From contig JAAPAO010000126.1 of assembly GCA_013115145.1 (NCBI GenBank), forward strand, positions 3,918 to 67,917: a stretch of 64,000 nt of DNA, in the 5' to 3' direction. The position numbers and the translations under genes were made by a program. The stretch comes from Perkinsus chesapeaki ATCC PRA-425. Taxonomy: Eukaryota > Protista > Perkinsozoa. The notes beneath the pieces were generated by a model that did no database searches, had not been told where the DNA came from, and saw only the letters and a program-made list of their open reading frames with translations. This document shows positions 26,894 to 39,749 of this stretch, in pieces; the first letter of the stretch is position 1; every line of letters starts with the position of its first letter.

Positions 26894-28099
26894 ATAACCT
26901 ATCCCACCAACTCTCCTCCCCCCTGTAATAATAACACAACAGCGATAGCCAACTCCTTGAAAGTGCTGATATTAACGATGATCTACAAACCCTCGAAACT
27001 ACTAACTACACTTTCATATTCAGATAAGGTGAAAAATCATCAACCACCACCGCCACTGCTGCCGAAGCCGTATTGTTCGTCGGCGTCGGCAGTGGTGGTC
27101 TACACCACACCACAGTTCAGCATCATCGTTTATCGAATAACCGTCGCCTCAACCCTCCACACTTTTACCGCCACCACTACCACCGGAAGCATACTGTTGT
27201 AGTCTCATAACATCCTTCCATGCCCCCCGGAACATTATTAGCAATAAAAAAGCTTATCAACACCGAAAGATAACCTGTATCTAGTGGCTCATAATCCAAC
27301 TGCCATAAAACAATCTTTATTCACATTAATCTCGTTATTGGGGTATAAGGTAATACAATAATACCAAGGGACCAGTCTATTATATACATAAACAGTTAAT
27401 AAAGGTAGTACTGGTGTTGCGGACATATACAAGGCAGTAGTGGTAGTAGCAGTGGATAGTACGGTGATACAGTAAGGGAAGAAGGACTGGTAAGAACGAG
27501 AACTAATGAGAAGGCAATAATGAAACAGACTGAGACTACTACCATGGCGTGGTTTACCTTCCACCTAGCAACCGCCATGGTTCATCTTCTTGTTCTTGTT
27601 GTTGTAGTAGTAGTGTTGTTGTATATACAAAATTTAATAGAGCTTGAGGAGGAGGAGGAGGATAACAGGGAGAATGATATGTAATGTACAAAGTGATAAT
27701 AACATCATCACCATCCTACTCGAACACTATGATCCAAACATTAATATGACATAATCAACAACAACAACCGCCGCCGCCAACGTGGGCGAGAGTGATGATG
27801 ATGATGACGCTACAACCAGTGAGGCAGTTGCCTATAGTAATAAGAAGACAAAGAGGAGAAGACAAAGAGCAAGGAGAATGATTAACGAACGGCACCAACA
27901 ACTACTACTGCTTCAGTAGAAGCTGTCGTAGGAGCTGCTGCTAGATAATGAAATATAATAATGTATTGCGAATCTTGTCAACGATGATATTGTTCTTGAC
28001 GATAAAAAAGGCCTTCAGCTTGGGCCACAATGTCATACACATAAAAACATCACTGGCGGCCATGGCGACAAGCGACGCCAATCACAGCAATCAGTGAGT

Positions 28100-29168
28100 C
28101 AAAGCAGCAGCAGCCCATCGATTAGGCCTGTGTGCAGACCAAAGACCTATACCTGATTAACATGCATAAGACGACATAACATTACTGCCTCCTTTAATCC
28201 TACCCATGCTTAGCCTTAGCCTTACCAACAACATTACTAGACTGCTCTTGCTTTTGCATGCCTTGTCTAGCTTTCAACATTGCCCTTCTGGCAGCACATA
28301 CCTCCGAATACTGATCTATACTGGCAAGATCACCAGCTTCAGCAATCGAGTAATCATCAACACCACCATTATCACCATTTAACAACAACTCCGGGAGAGA
28401 GTGCAATAAATAAGTCTGAAAGATACATTCCGCTCTCTATCGACTCCCCCTCTCTACTACTACCAGCTCTCTCTCCAGCTCCAATGTAGTTGGAACTTCC
28501 TTCAACAAGCAGGTCTTAACGGAAACGTTAGGATAGAGCATGCGAAGAGTTTTCGCTGGCTCCACATCCCCTCTCATATTACCAATTAAAAGAATCTACC
28601 ACAGTTCCATATACCACAACAGCGACCCCCAATTCACCTGTGTTTCCACTGCATTGCCTGCTCCACTCGCCACATTACGGCAAAAGTCATTGCCCAACTT
28701 CACAATTGTCGGGCACTTTTGTCTAATGTATTGTCATCACCCACAAGTCCCATACTCACAACACCTTACTTCAGGCCTAGCTGGCGAGTCTCCTTAGGAG
28801 TATGAACTATTTGGGCCCGTTCTATTAGGGGGCGTAGTTCAGGGAAAAAGTTGTTGCAGCTCTGTCGAACCCATCCTTCGGTGCTAGAGCTCAGTATAAT
28901 TAATCCATTATCGGACGACAGGCTTAAAAGTAATTCAATTACAGTAGCAGCAACACTTACGTATCGCTGAGAGAGAGTAACCTACAACCAACTCATACCA
29001 ACTTTCCGACAAATCACAATCGCGTACCTTCCCACCGTGGCGGGCAATGTCCTTTGTTGGCAGGATTGTATCGTCCCAGTCTAGGATCGTAAGAAGACGA
29101 TGGCTGTTGGCACTGTTGCCGGCCGGTCCACCGTAAGCAGCTGAGAAATCATTTGTTGGAGTCTCCAT
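28100..29168 (-). CDS. HAD-like DWDDT-family protein, multi-exon, 3' end uncertain
   Basis: LTILDWDDTILPT (HAD motif I-like), then LIILSSSTEGWVRQSC..FFPEL. Confidence 0.65.
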
Positions 29169-29410
29169 ACCAGAGAGGAGGATGTCAAAAAACCTTTAAT
29201 AAGATATAATAAACCAACAACGACACAGTAGCTAGCGAAAAGCCAGCGGGAAGCTAGCGTAGGCTAACGAGCCATGGAGCAATACTATATACACCGAAGA
29301 GCCAGGGGGTAAGGAAGGAGCAATATCATGCAAGCAATTCCATCATAGATTGCGGGCTCGCTACGCAATGAGTAATTACGTCACAGCGGTGGTGAGGTAG
29401 CATTATCAGC

Positions 29411-29441
29411 GACCCGGGTTCGATCCCGGGTGAGGGCATTT
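29411..29441 (+). other. Orphan tRNA 3' end (T-arm, acceptor strand, discriminator, T-run); tRNA pseudogene fragment
   Basis: gacccgGGTTCGATCCcgggtgagggcA-ttt; no matching 5' acceptor strand or anticodon arm upstream. Confidence 0.55.
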
Positions 29442-31392
29442 ATCAAACATAGCAATTCCACATTATCTTTCTCCTGTATGCGTCAACTGAAAGGTGCGCA
29501 CACGTGGATTTAGAGAACCGCTTTGAAAGAAGCGATGAAGCGGCATAATGGCAGGCAGGAAAGAGCTCAACGAGTTTGCCCAACCCATCCGAAACTTGTC
29601 ATTATGCGCTTAGTGAACGCATGTGCACGAACACACGCGTACGGAGACAGAGTCTATCCTTTTTTACAGGACACTTGCATCTTCCTTTCCAGAGCACCAG
29701 GACCGTAAGCTATATAGGGAGGACAGGCTTTTATAAGAAGAAGATCAAGATTAAAAGAAGAAGCCTTCTTGAAGTTACACTGAGAGGAATAATGTGAGCT
29801 ATAGACTTTAGCCTATAGTCTTTCAGCTGCTTTCGATATCCCATGAACTGGCAGTACACACCACGGTGACATTCGCGACGCGATATGGGTCGACGCCGCA
29901 GCAGCAGATCTCCCACGCTTAACCTATTATATTATTGGCAATTACAACACAACAGAGATACATTAAGGATTTCATCATATTACTAGGAGACTTAAAGGGC
30001 AATGAAGTAGCATTGTCACGACCAGTAGAATAACATGGAAACAATGCTACCACCACCGTATAAGAAACCTTAACAACAACATCGTGATAACGTTACGAAA
30101 CAGGAAACTCTGAACATTCGTACAATGTTGAAACAGAGCACACGATGTTTGACCATATCATTGCATACATCAACATTGCCAACAACAACACTTAGAAACA
30201 CATCAATAAAGCGGTAAATACATAACCACTTGAATGAACCTTAGAGCACTTATATGGCTTGGATGTCGATAACATATTATTATTATCGGCTTCGAAAGCC
30301 ACATATCACACCACCGACGATAGTAGCAAAGGTCATTAAAGCAGAGTCGCATCAACGATTAACAGCGACAATAGCTTATAGCATTACAACAGACATGTAG
30401 TAGTACAGGAAGGCGGATAACATTCTAGAACATAATAGAACTAGACCTTTACAGTATATAATAACCCGTATCACAGTAGCAGGAGAAAATTAAAGCACAT
30501 TAATGGATGCCAACATAGAGAGCACTTTTACATCACTCCGCAATGGTACAGCCATTCTACAGTACAATACCCGCTATGTGAAGGGAAATACATGGCTGTT
30601 AAGAAAGCTTCGTTTATAAGAAGCGGAAAGGAAAATCACAAGTGAGCATTACTGCTCATAACCGTCTGCTATAATCGATAATCAAAATACAACGATACAG
30701 CGACAAGACTAACAACTGTTGCTGATGCCAACATCAGAACTGGCAAAGTTACACAGCCGATGACAACAGGTTTCGTTATCACCGAATTTGGCAGAACTTA
30801 GCCGCGCATGCGAAGGCAAGAACAACAGTAACCACGGAATTGGCCGCAACCAGATACCATAAGTTGTTTAGACAAATAGATGAAGCATAGAAATAAAGTG
30901 AACGATGAAAGGTATATCACAAGCTACTATCATTTACGTAGCCTTTATGGACAGCACATCACCAACAATGATATCACAACCTACAGCGAAGGGCAAATGC
31001 CGCAACACTGTAGCGGAGGCGATTTACATGAGGATGATGTTTCCGACAGCAACCATGGATAATGACAAGGAACGACTAAAGACCATATTGTATATAAGAC
31101 CATATACTCTTAATGAGTAGTAATTGTATGAATAGATAATAAGATAGTAAACTATTTCTTCTTGCTACAGCTTTTGTTATAGAATTACGATTACAAACTC
31201 ATTTGAGCACTCATAGGCGATGATGCCAATACGCTGTTACTATTGCAAGTGATAGTAGTACACAGCAATAACGATACGACATCCTCAAGAGGGTAAAAAG
31301 CATCGCAAAGCAGCATAGTACTCGCCTCCAGTGGTGGCGCACCGCAACAGAAACAGCAATATGTACACCGCTATAGTAGGAAAAACAACACC

Positions 31393-33021
31393 TCACGCCT
31401 GGGCCTCTAGATCATCAACAGGAGACTTAGAGTTCATCACGACATCCGACTTTGATGATTCGCCATCAAAGTCGTATGAGTCACTTTCCTTATTCTTCGA
31501 CGACTCTTTGTCGGCAACAGCCATGTTGGCCGCTGCAACCCTGTTGAAGTAGGGAATGAGAGCCAGACTACCGATGGCACCGAGAACACAGAAACCTATG
31601 AGAACCATATAGTAGTAATCGTAATGTGATCCGCCCCAAGTAGAAGGATCTTCGGGCTTGAAATCGGGTAACCAGGGAGAGCATACTTGGAATAAAACGG
31701 CCGAAAGCATAGAACCAAAGGAGAAGAATAGCAAGTTCAAACCAGAAGCACAGGCCTTCAACTGCCCAGGGGAATAGGTGAATGCAACCTCGTAAGAAGT
31801 AGCAAATAGGAAACATTCTCCCAGAGCAATTAGCCAGAACTGAGGAACCTGCCACCATGCCGAAACCGAGAACATAGGCTTGGCCATAACAACATACTCC
31901 AACCCCATAGCACAAAGGAGAGAGCAAGCGCCCGCAATGCAACCCATACAGAATCTTGCCAACACTGACGGGAACATGTTCTTCCTTTGGAGATAGGGGA
32001 ATATGACTTGATCCAAGATCAGCGAGTTAATGATAACCGCGAAAGGATCAACGTTCTGGAACATAGCTGCCGGCATATCCCAACCGAAGGTGTCTGTATC
32101 CATCTTAGTAGCCTGCGTCAGGTAAGCTGTCGTCATTTGGGTATACACCATTTGGAATGGTATCACAATGGTGAACATAGGAACCAAACGTAGCAAGCAC
32201 TTAGTATCTTCGATGAAGGAGTCATCGAACTTTCCACCTTTAGATTTCTTGCATTTCTCGAATGATAATTTAGTGCATGCTACACCGATCACCTCCACCA
32301 CTTGCAACACTGCTGAACCTTGCGGCTTTGGCTTAACGTAACGACCAAGCAAACCACCAGTAAGGAACACCACACAGGCACACAGGAACACAATCGTAAT
32401 AAATAAGAAGGCCACAAAGAAGGAGCATTCTTGGACAAGGATGGGAGAGACTATACCACCAATGATGCTACCTACATTGATAGTAGCATAAAAGTAGGTG
32501 TAATACCTTGTGATAAGGTCTTTATGATGCTCCGGATGGAACTGTTGAGCGCCCATAATGTTGACACAGCTTTTAATACCACCAGCACCAAGTGCAATCA
32601 GGAAAAGTAATGCCACATCAATCATCCATTGTTCAGAAATAGACTCGATAGCTGATAACGTTAATAGAATCAACCCGCAGGCATAGATCAGAGAGAACAC
32701 TACGATAGTAACGTATAGACCCAGTACTGTATCAGACAGAGCTGCTGACACTAAAGGGGTCAAATAAATAATCGAGTTGAAAATAGAAATGTACGAGTTG
32801 GCGCCGCTATCATCCATCCCAGCAAACTCCTTCAGAAAGGTCTGCAAGTTGGGTGTTAGACCATAGTATGCTAACCGTTCACAAAGCTCTTGACCAAGAA
32901 TAAAAACGACCGAACGTAAGAAAGGATGCTCGTAGTAATGATAGGTATTGCCAGAAGCATCGGTCCATGCTAAGGGCTTGCTGCTTTGAACTTCACTGGC
33001 TGCCGAGAAAATCCGGGGCAT
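31393..33021 (-). CDS. POT/PTR proton-dependent oligopeptide transporter (MFS), intronless
   Basis: 542-aa ORF; ELCERLAYYG (ExxERxxYYG motif), IALGAGGIKSCV, FYATINVGS, about 12 TM segments. Confidence 0.95.
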   Translation of the reverse strand: MPRIFSAASEVQSSKPLAWTDASGNTYHYYEHPFLRSVVFILGQELCERLAYYGLTPNLQTFLKEFAGMDDSGANSYISIFNSIIYLTPLVSAALSDTVLGLYVTIVVFSLIYACGLILLTLSAIESISEQWMIDVALLFLIALGAGGIKSCVNIMGAQQFHPEHHKDLITRYYTYFYATINVGSIIGGIVSPILVQECSFFVAFLFITIVFLCACVVFLTGGLLGRYVKPKPQGSAVLQVVEVIGVACTKLSFEKCKKSKGGKFDDSFIEDTKCLLRLVPMFTIVIPFQMVYTQMTTAYLTQATKMDTDTFGWDMPAAMFQNVDPFAVIINSLILDQVIFPYLQRKNMFPSVLARFCMGCIAGACSLLCAMGLEYVVMAKPMFSVSAWWQVPQFWLIALGECFLFATSYEVAFTYSPGQLKACASGLNLLFFSFGSMLSAVLFQVCSPWLPDFKPEDPSTWGGSHYDYYYMVLIGFCVLGAIGSLALIPYFNRVAAANMAVADKESSKNKESDSYDFDGESSKSDVVMNSKSPVDDLEAQA

Positions 33022-33916
33022 TTAACAACAAGAAACAGAGTAACTTAATAAAATTAAAGTGACATGAAATCTCTAAGGTCCACACTACACTATAGCTCTA
33101 GCCTAGACACATCACGCTTTAGTGTTCCTCAAATGGTCTCCCCAAAGCTAGTAATTCCATCTTGGCTGCCAGCGCACTAACGACATAATTTCTTCCCTCT
33201 CAGCATTTTCTCATTCCACTGTGCACTAGTGTAGCAAAGCTGAATGAGAAACCAAATCAAACCTGCGTAGTTATATATAATACGAAGGAACGTGACCTAC
33301 GCTAGCTGCATCAGAAATCACAGGTGAAGATTTCGAACGGAAAATGCGCGCGCCATTGTAATCGATTTAGAGAAAAACTCGCAAATCAATATTTTTGCTC
33401 TATTGGGGCCGGCCCTTCATCACTAGCACTAGTAACTCAGTAGACCTCTTCTCTTGGCATTCTTCGCACTTTCTAGAACCCCAGTTAACAAAATACTTGA
33501 GGAAGAGTATCCAAACACATCCGGTGTAGCGAAATGTACGAGTGGATCAATTCACATATAATAAAGGATATTCTCAATAACGCACTTATTGCACTTTAAC
33601 CCCCTACCCCGAATGAGCTAGAGGTGTGCCAATATGTTGGAAATGCTGCTGTCAACTATAACACAATACGGTACAGAATGAATGGGTAGCGATAAATGGA
33701 ATATATAATGTAGGAACGTAGGAAAGGGATAACCTTAAGTTCTTAATTCAATATTAAGTACGAGTACGAGTATTAAGATATGCCTTCGGGGCTAGTGACG
33801 CAACAGAGTAGGAGGCCAATACCACCACAGCAACAACACAACCAGCAGAATATTGCGTAGTTGTGCAGTAACAGCAATAGCATCAGCGATGGCGACCTGT
33901 CCCGTAGAATATACAG

Positions 33917-35491
33917 TCATGTGTCTGATGACGATGTTGTAGGCGTGTCGTGCTCTAGTAGGGGCGGCTTTGGTGTCGCATTAGATGATACGTCAGTCCG
34001 CTTGGTGTAGGTTATATACAGATAGGCCAATACACAAACAACAGGTGCCAAGAATACCCAACCATAGGGCTCTGGTACCTTAATTTGGTCTTGAGTAGTT
34101 GAACTGAATAATGCAGCTCCACCGCCTAACACCAAAGTAGCATCATAAGCCAAACCAAAGGCAACAATAGCAGCATAAAGGATAACCTTTGATAGCTTAT
34201 TGCGTGATGTATTGATTGCATACAAACGATAAGCTACATTAGCAATAAGTGGGGTTCTACAACCAAGCATTGTGGTTAATATAACCATATCTCTTACAGG
34301 TATCCACCACTGCTTAACAGGATTTAGCCCATTATATGACAGTAGAAATGCCAATCTTGGTAGACCATAGGCTATAAAGGGAGCTACCACAATGTAGACA
34401 CCTCGTCTACTTAGAGTCCATATAGGCATCTGTGTTGCGGCTATCTCATCCCAATGTGCTCGAAGATTCTCCTCGAACTCAGCTTCTGAGCCATACCATT
34501 GGGATATACTCTCCCTAATAAACGCACGGTCTTCCTGTAGAGTACACTGGGCGCTCGCCACAGTAAAGTTGGTGATCTGAGCTTGTAAGTTAGCCTTTGC
34601 CGGGATAAATATGAAGCAAACAATGGTACTTATAATAATAGTGACAGCGGCCTCGAGAACTAAATACAGAATAAGGGGAGTAAACGACTCAACTCGGCCG
34701 GCTACCACTGATAGATCGATCGACATCATTATGATCAAGATAGTCACTTCGCATGCTGCCACTAGTATACAGAATTTAGTCTGCATATTAGAAATGAAAG
34801 TGACTCCCCCTGGCTCATGTGTTCTCAAGAACCCTGCCAGTTCGAAGACACACCACAGTCTTGAAAAGTAGTCAGTCGACCAGAGTATGACAAGACCTTC
34901 GGAGCGGCTCAAGAAAGAGCTAATATGATGGATGCCGATATACTTCAGTTCTAAGTCATCTTGGGAGATACAACACTTGTCCAGAAACACTAGTTGATCT
35001 TTATGAAACAGCCTCATAGCAAGATAGCCAAGAGTAACACCTGCCGCCAAGGCAACAAGGCCGGACATCTCGACTATATAGGAGGCTATCTCACGGTCCT
35101 CTGGTAAGAAATATATCATAATCGATAACGATATTGATATTGTTAGCATGACTATATACCCTATATGAATATAATAGGCAGTTATCAGTGAGAGATGCTT
35201 CCAGAAGGCATTGGCGCCCCAAGAATGACTTATGAACAAATCCAATAGTTCCACAGGCTCGGATAGATTATACGTAGAATTAGTGCCTTTAGAACCCCAA
35301 AATATTGACCAACGTGCTGCAATATCAGATAATGATACCCCACGTAGGGCACTGTCTCGACGTTGTATTTGGTAATGGTTGATGATGTCACCGCCGCTCT
35401 CCGCCTTACCAGGATGATGTGGGATCTGTTGTAGTGTCTCCGAATCCATGTATTGGATCGGTTCCAGGTCCGTAAGCCCTAGGCCACCCAT
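33917..35491 (-). CDS. Multi-pass membrane protein with a TIR-like domain interrupted by TM helices, intronless
   Basis: 524-aa ORF; DLFISHSW, then 2-3 hydrophobic helices, then VFLDKCCISQ..LVILWSTDYFSRLWCVFEL; further TM helices C-terminally. Confidence 0.7.
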   Translation of the reverse strand: MGGLGLTDLEPIQYMDSETLQQIPHHPGKAESGGDIINHYQIQRRDSALRGVSLSDIAARWSIFWGSKGTNSTYNLSEPVELLDLFISHSWGANAFWKHLSLITAYYIHIGYIVMLTISISLSIMIYFLPEDREIASYIVEMSGLVALAAGVTLGYLAMRLFHKDQLVFLDKCCISQDDLELKYIGIHHISSFLSRSEGLVILWSTDYFSRLWCVFELAGFLRTHEPGGVTFISNMQTKFCILVAACEVTILIIMMSIDLSVVAGRVESFTPLILYLVLEAAVTIIISTIVCFIFIPAKANLQAQITNFTVASAQCTLQEDRAFIRESISQWYGSEAEFEENLRAHWDEIAATQMPIWTLSRRGVYIVVAPFIAYGLPRLAFLLSYNGLNPVKQWWIPVRDMVILTTMLGCRTPLIANVAYRLYAINTSRNKLSKVILYAAIVAFGLAYDATLVLGGGAALFSSTTQDQIKVPEPYGWVFLAPVVCVLAYLYITYTKRTDVSSNATPKPPLLEHDTPTTSSSDT

Positions 35492-36849
35492 AGAAGGACG
35501 GGATTAGTAGATATAACACAATTAAAAGAGTAACACAACGTAGCGGAACTGATACAAAAACCGATAAAACAAATGAGCCAAGAAATTGGAGAGATTATAG
35601 CATTTTAGAACACATCATTTTTCTCAAGACGAAATACTGTGAATGGATAATGACAGGATTAATAATATACCTAGAACACAAGGCTTCAAGAACCGTGTAG
35701 TAATATTCATATTGACAATGTAAATGAGGCAATATAATAATAAGAATTGACAGAAAAATGGTATAACGATTGTTACGCATATTAACCTTACACTAAGCTA
35801 AAGCTAGCGACAGCCATATACATTGGAAGGCCCGAATTTAACTACACCTTGGGACCGCATATCATTATTGGGATGAGTGCGTAATAAAGATGACATATAT
35901 ACACCTATCTGACGGATGCCAAAGCGAGTCCTATGTCCCCCACCGATGAAGCAGGACCGTTCACCTTGGAAATATATCGATTACTTGGGCGAGCGCTAAT
36001 TTCTTGAAAGTTAGGCCTCATGTTCATCTTGGCCTCGAACAGGGCGGATTTGAGTTAGATTGTTTAGTGAATGGTCACCGAAGTGGCCCATGCTCCCATC
36101 GATGATGTGACAAGAAGATTAAGCGGTGAAAATGGGCTTCCGGAGAAAGAGTTAATACAAATGTAGTAGTGGGGAGACAGGATATTGGGGAGGTTATGGG
36201 TTAGGAGTCCGCATACCATATCATCCGAGTTGAACCTGGATGAATCTAAATCTGACAATTACTCTGAAACGGACAAGCTTGGCGCTGGTAGGGTGTATTG
36301 GTATATGACAGTAATGTTATTCCTCCTATAGGGATAGTATGTGTTGAGTCATTAGCAGCTACCTTCCGTATAATGGAGAGAAGGAGGTTATTAAGGGTAG
36401 TATGAGGGGATACTACCTGCACGGTAGACTGCATATAGTCGAACTCTTCAAGCTGGCTTGAAAATGCCCCCAGTTAAAATATAGTTCCGCGTGGGGAATG
36501 TGTGAATACCAAATACCAGCTATAGTCTCCTAGGGGCAGTTTAATAAGCACCACGCATCTTTACACTAACACTTTGTATAAAACGTATAATCTAGGCAGC
36601 AAAGCTCCGCACAGAAGTACGAAAATCTCGAGGAGGCCTTTATGTTGGTATCATGCGCGCCGCATATTCTGAGCCAGAGAACTTTTATGCGTCTCGGGTC
36701 TATAATTTCTCTCCAACGCATGTGGCTGCTCTAGAAAGTGCTCTTCAAGTCTGATCCTTCCATTGCGTAGGTTCTTCACCGTCCGATCCGCGCTAGATCT
36801 GTTAGCCAGGGTATCCTACAGGCTGTATTAATATTCTGTCTCTTCATTG

Positions 36850-39679
36850 TGTTATGTCAGCAGTTAGGCCTCAACATAAGCTCCTCGGGGGTTACAAATG
36901 TAATACCAGCCTTCCCATTAAGGGTTCCTTATGCTTACTTAGCGTTGGGCTGTCCCCCTATGGGCACCTGTTGTGGTGACATGTCTGGTAGTAGTAGCAG
37001 CTTTGATGAGTGTAACACAATCTCAGCAGTTTGTTATACCTACCTTAATGCTTACTACACTGTAATAACCCTCCTATTAGCCTTACCATAATAGATCCAG
37101 GTACCTGGGCATGATGTGGTTGGCTTGGGTTTACGATCCTGACTCTGACAGGACACTCTTCTTCCTGCTCAGACCTACTAAGGTAGTCTCCTCTCGCCGC
37201 CTCCAGGCTGTCATTTTGCCATCCAGAGCGAAAGGCTTGTTCTAATACTAGTGATGTGCATTGAGCTGGGCCTGTTCCTGGCGTATTGTCTGCTCCATTG
37301 GCTATACCCTTTGTTGATTGATAGTATATCCGAGACATGGCTAGCGAAACACTGGTAGTAGCACTGCAGGTGGTGTTGGGACGAAATATGTCTTCGATTA
37401 GGTTTAGACTGCAGTATGAGGGTGATGGATGGTTCAGATACGTCCCTTATGGTATCTTTACACCACGTACCTGGAGGAGATGTCGGTATACTGGCTCAAC
37501 TGATAGGGAGGTAGTACAGGGTAATAGAGGATATGTACAAAGGGGAATGATGATAACTGTGCTACTCGGTTTCCTGGGACCAGTCTGGTTGGTTAGCTTT
37601 TCTCTGTTGAAAACTATGTTTTTTGGCCGAAAAATAGAGTAGAATACCTTTCTCAATATCATCATGGACTTCTTTCAAGCGGGGAGATGAAACCAAATAA
37701 TAAATTACTCAAATTGTAGCTATTGTCGGAGATAGGCTTGATTCGTGGACAAGGCGATGAGTGGGAGATAGGCTTGATTAGTGGACAAGGCGATGAGTGG
37801 GAGATAGGCTTGATTAGGGTCGCCCCCACGGCACCGGCGAGTGGCGTGATGACTCCTTCCACGGTGAGTGTTTGATGGGGAGGTTTTGCCATGGTGAGCC
37901 TGTGGGTCCATTCCGTGCCCGTGAGTTCGGCTCTGGATCACTATCAGTTCAAACATTTATAATGTAATATAAGGGTAGAGGAGGATAAGGTAGTCTTACT
38001 AAGTGTAGGTATGCTACTAGTAGGGCGGAGGAGGATATACGGGAGACACATTTCACACCTAGCCGGTCGATAGATGGTATGAGGTTTGGTGTAGTTGGAG
38101 TAGAGTGTTGCTCTGGTGGGGACTTCTATGCCCATCTACCGCAGGTAGTAACGTCTGGAAGTGATCCTTGGGGTGCATTTAACTACCGTTATTGAGCGAC
38201 AATAGTGAGAAGCGGGTTACCTTTCGTTGGGAACTGTTTGGGGTTGTTTTGGTGATGTACCGAGTCAGCACTACTGAGGAGCTACTTCGGGGAATGCTAG
38301 GAAATACATCAAAGTCTCTCTGCTTCCTCGTGTCAGCCGTGGCACTTCGGCCATGGCTTTAGAAGACAATACACAATTTAGAGATCTATGAATTATTAAA
38401 TGTTGCTTATTTTCTATTCAATAAGTTTATTATTATTAGTAACTTCATTATTAATGCATTACTATGCATCTGCCTGTAAAGTATCAATTCGGTATGAGGG
38501 AAACATATAACATCATTTCCCGGACTGCTTGTTGCCTTACCCCACCATGCGCTGTGATGTACATGGTGTTTAGGTTACTGATAGAGTAGGAGAGGAGACT
38601 AGAGATGTCTGCACGGCATTACGGACACTTAAGAGGAGCTTGACCAGTACAGATTCCGAAACCACCACCTTCAGTAGGTCTGAATCATTACTAACGTTAC
38701 TATAATTATAGGTGCATCATCACCGTCCCGTGGAGGGGGTAATACCCTTACGAGCCGTCTTGAGGATGAAGATAGGCGTGTCACCGCCCATCTCTGGCCT
38801 AATCGGGGTTTAGAGATCCATGGTGGTTACGAGTGCAATGCCCGAGTTAAAGTGGTGGGCCGCTCCGTTTTCTTATTGGAGCCGATACCTATGACCACAC
38901 CGTCCAGTGAGGCGTTGGTCTTTTTGCATGGCTACAATTGTCCGACCGAGTATGCCCTATTGCGGCTAGGACAGATGCTGGCTTTGGGTAGCTTTCCCGC
39001 TCATATCCATCCCTTTGTGTTTTCCCAAGCCACTGGGCAGACCTTCTCCTATATAAAGGCAAAGGAGTGTATTGGCCAGTTCGCTGGGGACCTTTTGGAT
39101 TTCCTATTGGACCTTCGAAGGCGAGGTTATCATCACGTCCACTGTCTGGTGCACAGTATGGCAGCACACCTGTTCTTCATGATGCTGGAGGAGTATGAGA
39201 ATCGTCGCTTGCTCGACCCGGAGTCCACCGAGATACTAAAGTTGGCCAACGTAGTCCTTATTAATGCAGATTTCCCCCTTACTAGTTTTGAAGAAGTGCA
39301 TGTCCCTCGGGTATTGGAGGTAGCAGACAGACTTACGATGTACTGTGATGACCGAGACTTCGCTCTGCTGTGCTCGGAGGTGTGCCTGCGCGATAAAGTT
39401 GTCGGGCGGAAGATTTGGCCGGTTTGCGCCCGGCCCAGCGGGTCTCTTCCGTACGGTAGGAGCCGGATAGACGTTATGGACTGCCGGCACATGCAGCAGA
39501 ACGTTCACTCTATTCGGCACAATTATTTCAATTTAAACGTACAAATTGTCAGTGATATAGCGGAGCTGGTGACAGACCATTGTGGGGCGGATCAACGGTT
39601 GACGAGAACGGTGCGGCAGGTGGCTGGGGAGAATGTCTTCAGTTTCCTCTGTCCGCCAAAGTATGTTAAAAATGAGTAG
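36850..39679 (+). CDS. TM segments, MORN-like motif and C-terminal DUF900-like alpha/beta hydrolase; multi-exon, 5' end uncertain (may extend to about 35900)
   Basis: TM exon (LVLILVMCIELGLFLAYCLLHWLYPLL); GRPHGTGEWRDDSFHGECLMGRFCHGEPVGPFRARE; last exon LVFLHGYN..VHCLVHSMA..NVVLINAD..RHNYF. Confidence 0.7.
37728..37817. repeat. 36-bp tandem repeat, 2.5 copies, intronic
   Basis: ggagataggcttgatt(c/a)gtggacaaggcgatgagtg repeated directly before the GRPHG exon. Confidence 0.9.
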
Positions 39680-39749
39680 CCAAGAAATTAGAGATTTTAA
39701 GTATTGTAAGTATTCTGATACTGTAAGCTCTCGTTGCCGATCATCGGCA

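Noticed and set aside
27289-27960. Possible small membrane protein exons on the minus strand
   Set aside because: Low-complexity trinucleotide-rich sequence; no consistent splice path could be built
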